From NCBI GenBank assembly GCA_041493345.1, contig JBGPYQ010000003.1, positions 1-42,927 of the forward strand: DNA of 42,927 bases. The letters run 5' to 3'. The notes under the pieces were generated by a model, which saw nothing but the letters and a program-made list of their open reading frames with translations, was not told the origin of the DNA and did no database searches. Below, in pieces: positions 38,615 through 42,927 of the stretch; position 1 is the stretch's first letter, and every line of letters begins with the position of its first letter. The position numbers were made by a program, and so were the translations under genes. The DNA is from Gammaproteobacteria bacterium (lineage in GTDB: Bacteria; Pseudomonadota; Gammaproteobacteria; Burkholderiales; SG8-39).

Positions 38615-40193
38615 GGCGCGAAGTGACGCCCAGCGATGGCGGCAGGCAAGCCCGGGCAGCGGAGATGCCCGCCGCAACCTGATGCGGTTCCTGTCGCTGT
38701 CCGCCGCGCTTCCTGCCCTGCTCTCCTGTCCTGCGTGGGCTGCCAAATGGGACGTCGTCCCCACGCTGTCGGTCGGAGAAACCTATACCGACAACCTGTC
38801 GCTGACGCCGGACGCGTTGAAGCAGGGTGACTGGGTCACGCAAGTCACCCCGGGGATTTTGATCGCTGCAACCGGAGCCCGGCTGCGATTCAATGCCACA
38901 TACGCTCCCGAGGTCATTTACTACGCCCGAGGGCAGAAAGACAACCAGGTATTCCAGCGGGGCAATGCAGTCGGCACCGCGGAGCTTGCGAAGCAGCTCC
39001 TGTTCGTCGATGCCGGCGCCAATGTCAATCAGTATAACGTTTCCCTCCAGGCCCCCCTCACGACAAGCAACGTCAATACCACCGGAAACCGCGCCACGGT
39101 CTGGACTTTTGTTGCAAGCCCCTATCTTCGACGTGACTTCGGGTCGGACGTCCAGGCAGAGGCGCGGTTTACTTACAGCGTAGTAAAATCCGACGACGCA
39201 TCGACACTCTCGAACAGCGTGGCGGACCGCATCAATCTGCGTCTGAAAAGCGGCCCTGCGTACAAGCTGCTCGCCTGGAACCTTGATTATGTCAGGGAGA
39301 CCATCGACTACGAGAGGGGGCAGGACACCTTCACCGAGGCGATCACGGCGCACGCACGGCGGCTGATCACCCCCACGGTGGGCCTGCTGGCACAAGTGGG
39401 CTACGACTACTATAAATCCGGGGTCATCGCACCGGCATCAGAAGGGCCGTCGTGGAGCGCAGGGTTCGATTGGACACCGACGCCGCGCACGCGTCTTGCA
39501 GCGACCGCTGGTCAACGGTTCTACGGCGATGCCTACTTCCTCGATTTCAGTCACCGCACCCGCCTCACGACGTGGAGCGCCGGATACAGCGAGAACGTCA
39601 CGACCACGCGCTCGGAGTTCTTCATTCCGGCCACGACGAGCACGGCCGGATATCTGGACACATTGTTCTTGTCACAATTCCCCGATCCGGTGGCCCGGCA
39701 GAAGGCGGTGGAGGAATTCATCGCCCGGACGGGGCTTCCGCCGAGCCTGAGCGTTCCGATTGACTTCTTCAGCAGCCAGCTGTTCCTCGTGAAAAGATGG
39801 CGGGCATCGGCCGGCATCCTGGGGGTCAGAAACGTTCTGATCGCCAATGTGTTCAAGGAGACCCGCGAAGGGTTGGTTGGCAACTCGGTTCTGCCCAGCA
39901 CGGGGGACTTCGCCGCGAGCAACACCATCAGGCAGACCGGGATGAGCCTTCAGTGGAATTGGCGCATGACTGCGCAGAACGCCTGGAACCTGGGCGGGGC
40001 TTACAGCCGTAACGAGTTGCCCGGCACCGGCCAAATCAATAACCTTACCTTCGTCGGGATGGGTCTCACCCGGCAGTTCCGGCCGCGGCTTTCCGGCTCC
40101 CTGAATTATCGCAGGCAGCAGAATGATTCAAACCAGAGCGCGTCCAGCTACACGGAAAATGCGGTGTTGGCGACACTCCAGATGAGGTTTTGA
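38607..40193 (+). CDS. PEP-CTERM system outer-membrane beta-barrel protein (TIGR03016-like)
   Basis: Signal peptide, ETYTDNL, PTPRT, GQRFYG, C-terminal YTENAVLATLQMRF. Confidence 0.92.
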   Translation: MAKARSDAQRWRQASPGSGDARRNLMRFLSLSAALPALLSCPAWAAKWDVVPTLSVGETYTDNLSLTPDALKQGDWVTQVTPGILIAATGARLRFNATYAPEVIYYARGQKDNQVFQRGNAVGTAELAKQLLFVDAGANVNQYNVSLQAPLTTSNVNTTGNRATVWTFVASPYLRRDFGSDVQAEARFTYSVVKSDDASTLSNSVADRINLRLKSGPAYKLLAWNLDYVRETIDYERGQDTFTEAITAHARRLITPTVGLLAQVGYDYYKSGVIAPASEGPSWSAGFDWTPTPRTRLAATAGQRFYGDAYFLDFSHRTRLTTWSAGYSENVTTTRSEFFIPATTSTAGYLDTLFLSQFPDPVARQKAVEEFIARTGLPPSLSVPIDFFSSQLFLVKRWRASAGILGVRNVLIANVFKETREGLVGNSVLPSTGDFAASNTIRQTGMSLQWNWRMTAQNAWNLGGAYSRNELPGTGQINNLTFVGMGLTRQFRPRLSGSLNYRRQQNDSNQSASSYTENAVLATLQMRF

Positions 40194-40199
40194 CGCTTC

Positions 40200-41048
40200 A
40201 TGTACGAAACTTACTACCAGTTCCAGGCCAAGCCGTTTCAGCTGACCTCCGACCCCCGTTTTTTTTTCTCCAGCAGGGGCCACCGCCGCGCCATGGCTTA
40301 CCTGGTGTACGGCCTACATCAGGGCGAAGGATTCATCGTCATCACGGGAGAGATCGGCGCCGGCAAGACGATGCTCGCAAACACCCTCGCCCGCAAGATG
40401 GCGTCACCGAACTTGGTGCTGGCCCAGGTGGTGAGCACGAGCCTGGAGGCTGACGACATCGTGCGCATGGTGGCTGCGGCATTCGGCCTGTCTCAGGAGA
40501 ACAGCAAGGCGGTGTTGCTCAACCGGATCGAGCTATTTCTTCTCGATTGCCACAGGCAGGGCAAGCGAGTGCTCCTGGTGGTGGACGAGGCGCAAAACCT
40601 TCCGGCGAGGTCGGTGGAGGAGCTGCGGATGCTGTCGAACTTCGTGTGCGACGACAAGCCCCTGCTGCAGACCTTCCTGCTGGGCCAGCCGGAGTTCCGC
40701 AAGACGCTGCAGAGTCCTGAAATGGAGCAGCTCAGGCAGCGGGTCATCGCCTCCTGCCACTTGGGGCCGATGGACGGCGCGGAGACCGAGGCCTACATCG
40801 TGCACCGGCTGCAGACCGTAGGCTGGCGCGGTGATCCGTCGTTCAGCGAGGATGCCTTCGCCGCCATCCACCAGCACACCGGCGGCATTCCGCGGAAGAT
40901 CAACATCCTGTGCGACCGCCTGCTGCTCATGGGCCGCCTGGACGAGAAGCGCGCGATTACCGGCAAGGAGGTGGCCGAAGTGATCGACGAACTGAATCAG
41001 GAATTTGCGCCTGCGGATCTGCGGGTCAACCGGGAAGGGGGAGGTTGA
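40200..41048 (+). CDS. XrtA/PEP-CTERM system ATPase (ExeA-like, TIGR03015-like)
   Basis: KPFQLTSDP, GEIGAGKT, VVDEAQNL, EELRMLSN, FLLGQPE, GGIPRKIN. Confidence 0.94.
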   Translation: MYETYYQFQAKPFQLTSDPRFFFSSRGHRRAMAYLVYGLHQGEGFIVITGEIGAGKTMLANTLARKMASPNLVLAQVVSTSLEADDIVRMVAAAFGLSQENSKAVLLNRIELFLLDCHRQGKRVLLVVDEAQNLPARSVEELRMLSNFVCDDKPLLQTFLLGQPEFRKTLQSPEMEQLRQRVIASCHLGPMDGAETEAYIVHRLQTVGWRGDPSFSEDAFAAIHQHTGGIPRKINILCDRLLLMGRLDEKRAITGKEVAEVIDELNQEFAPADLRVNREGGG

Positions 41049-42202
41049 TGCCATCCGGTGTCGCCGCCGCTCCCATACTCTGCGTAGTGGGGGCGCGCCC
41101 GAACCTCATGAAGATCGCCGCGGTTATCAGGGCCATGCGGGACGCTACTCCGCCAATACCGGTGCGGCTCCTGCATACCGGGCAGCATTACGACCCGGAG
41201 ATGAACGGACAGTTCTTCCACGCGCTGGGAATACCAGACCCGGACATCAATCTGGAGGTGGGCTCGGCCTCGCACGCGGTGCAGACCGCCGAGATCATGC
41301 GGCGCTTCGAGCCGGTCCTGGAGCAAGAGCGGCCTGCCGCGGTGCTGGTGGTGGGGGACGTGAACTCCACGCTGGCGTGCGCGCTGGTGGCGGTCAAGAA
41401 AGGCATCGCGGTGATACACGTCGAGGCGGGACTGCGCAGCTTTGACCGCACCATGCCGGAGGAGATCAATCGCCTGCTTACCGACCAGATTTCGGACTTG
41501 TTGTTCATCACCGAGAGAAGCGCGCGGGAGAACCTGCAGCGCGAGGGCGTTCCCGAGTCACGCATTCACTTCGTGGGCAATGTCATGATCGACACCCTGC
41601 GATATAGCCTCAAGGACGCCGTGCCGGCCGCACAGACCATGAGCCAGTACGGCGCTCCGGCGGATTGGGCGCAAAAGGCGTACACCGTCCTCACCCTGCA
41701 CCGCCCCTCCAACGTGGACGACCCCGTCATTTTGCGATCCCTGCTCGGCGCAATCCGCGACGTGAGCTCCCGTCTTCCGGTCGTTTTCCCGATGCACCCC
41801 AGGACGCGCGCCAAGATCGAGCAGCACGGGCTGGGCCCCGTGCTGGAAACAGACTTGCTCCTCAAACTCCCGCCGCTGGGATATCTCGAAACGCTGGGGC
41901 TGATGCAGGCGGCGCGGCTGGTGCTGACCGATTCGGGCGGGATCCAGGAGGAGACTACCGCGCTCGGCATACCCTGCGTCACACTGCGCGAGAACACCGA
42001 GCGGCCGATTACCGTGGAGCAGGGAACCAACACCGTGGTCGGGAGCAGTCCGGCGCGAATCCTGGCCGCGGTGGACGATATCCTGCGCAGCGGAGGGAAA
42101 TCAGGAAGGATACCGGAGCTATGGGACGGCCGGGCGTCACAGCGCATCGCGGCCGTGCTGGGCCAATGGCTCGATCGCGCGGCTGAGCGGCTGGTGGCGT
42201 AA
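41048..42202 (+). CDS. wecB: UDP-N-acetylglucosamine 2-epimerase (non-hydrolysing)
   Basis: VGARPN, HTGQHYD, VGDVNST, HVEAGLRS, MPEEINR, TDSGGIQEE, RENTERP, WDG. Confidence 0.96.
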   Translation: MPSGVAAAPILCVVGARPNLMKIAAVIRAMRDATPPIPVRLLHTGQHYDPEMNGQFFHALGIPDPDINLEVGSASHAVQTAEIMRRFEPVLEQERPAAVLVVGDVNSTLACALVAVKKGIAVIHVEAGLRSFDRTMPEEINRLLTDQISDLLFITERSARENLQREGVPESRIHFVGNVMIDTLRYSLKDAVPAAQTMSQYGAPADWAQKAYTVLTLHRPSNVDDPVILRSLLGAIRDVSSRLPVVFPMHPRTRAKIEQHGLGPVLETDLLLKLPPLGYLETLGLMQAARLVLTDSGGIQEETTALGIPCVTLRENTERPITVEQGTNTVVGSSPARILAAVDDILRSGGKSGRIPELWDGRASQRIAAVLGQWLDRAAERLVA

Positions 42203-42229
42203 CACGGCACGCTGTCAAGAACACATTAC

Positions 42230-42927
42230 ATGAGTCCCGCGCCGATCCGGAACGCAATGACCATAGACGTGGAAGACTACTTCCACGTCTCCGCCTTTGC
42301 GTCCCACATCGCCCGCGAGGCCTGGGACCGGATGCCGTGCCGGGTCGAGCGCAACGTGGACGCGATCCTGGCGATGCTGGATCAGCACAAGACTCACGCG
42401 ACCTACTTCATGTTGGGATGGGTCGCGGAGCGATACCCGGGCCTCGTGCGCCGGATCGTCGAGCAGGGCCACGAGCTGGCGAGCCACGGGTACGCACACC
42501 AGCGGGCGACCGAGCAGAGCCGCGGGGAGTTCCGGGAGGACGTCACGCGCGCGAAGGCGTTGCTCGAGGACATCGGCGGTGTCGCGGTCCAGGGCTACCG
42601 GGCTCCGAGCTTCTCGATCGGCCACGGCAATCTGTGGGCACTCGAGTGTCTGAGCGAGACTGGATACCGATACAGCTCGAGCATCTATCCCATCCACCAC
42701 GATCACTACGGGATGCCCGGGGCGCCGCGCTTTGCGTTCTATCCCGAAGGCGGTCGCGGGCTGCTGGAACTGCCGGTGACCACGGTGAGGCTCTTCAACC
42801 GCAACCTGCCGGCGGGCGGCGGCGGCTATTTCCGGTTGCTGCCTTACAGCATTTCACGTTGGTGCCTGAAGCGCGTGAACACGGTGGATCGGCAGCCGTG
42901 CATTTTCTATTTCCACCCCTGGGAGAT
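42230..42927 (+). CDS. XrtA-system polysaccharide deacetylase (TIGR03006-like), 3'-truncated by window edge
   Basis: MSPAPIRNAMTIDVEDYFHVSAF, ATYFMLGWVAE, HELASHG, GYRAPSFSI, YSSSIYP, GGGYFRL, FYFHPWE; no stop before window end. Confidence 0.95.
   Translation, partial: MSPAPIRNAMTIDVEDYFHVSAFASHIAREAWDRMPCRVERNVDAILAMLDQHKTHATYFMLGWVAERYPGLVRRIVEQGHELASHGYAHQRATEQSRGEFREDVTRAKALLEDIGGVAVQGYRAPSFSIGHGNLWALECLSETGYRYSSSIYPIHHDHYGMPGAPRFAFYPEGGRGLLELPVTTVRLFNRNLPAGGGGYFRLLPYSISRWCLKRVNTVDRQPCIFYFHPWE

Overview
GC-rich betaproteobacterial-type chromosomal window in two parts. Bases 1-18.3 kb are housekeeping genes: secA (partial), argJ, a DUF815 ATPase, a Nudix/TenI fusion, yacG, zapD, coaE, pilD, pilC, a collapsed pilB remnant, hlyC/corC-ypjD, ffh, rpsP-rimM-trmD-rplS and ribB(X)-ribH-nusB-thiL-pgpA. 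Bases 18.3-42.9 kb are an exosortase-A (XrtA)/PEP-CTERM exopolysaccharide locus: two epimerases, a nucleotide-sugar dehydrogenase, a glycosyltransferase, prsK-prsR-prsT, Wza/Wzc-like export genes, a beta-barrel, an ATPase, wecB and a partial polysaccharide deacetylase. The most notable features are two self-contained PEP-CTERM cassettes, each with TGTCGG-W8-ACA enhancer-like box(es), an IHF-like site, a sigma-54 promoter, the gene and a downstream hairpin. One encodes a DUF3494 ice-binding-like surface protein and the other a protein with three Cys pairs. Both sit among heavily deleted gene remnants (amidotransferase, GT4, WbpP/TviC epimerase, priming sugar transferase, second prsT, IS3). There is also a duplicated 30-bp promoter in front of galE and of an unlisted small membrane-protein gene frameshifted in a C8 tract. 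All family assignments come from recognising motifs by eye; no database search was run.
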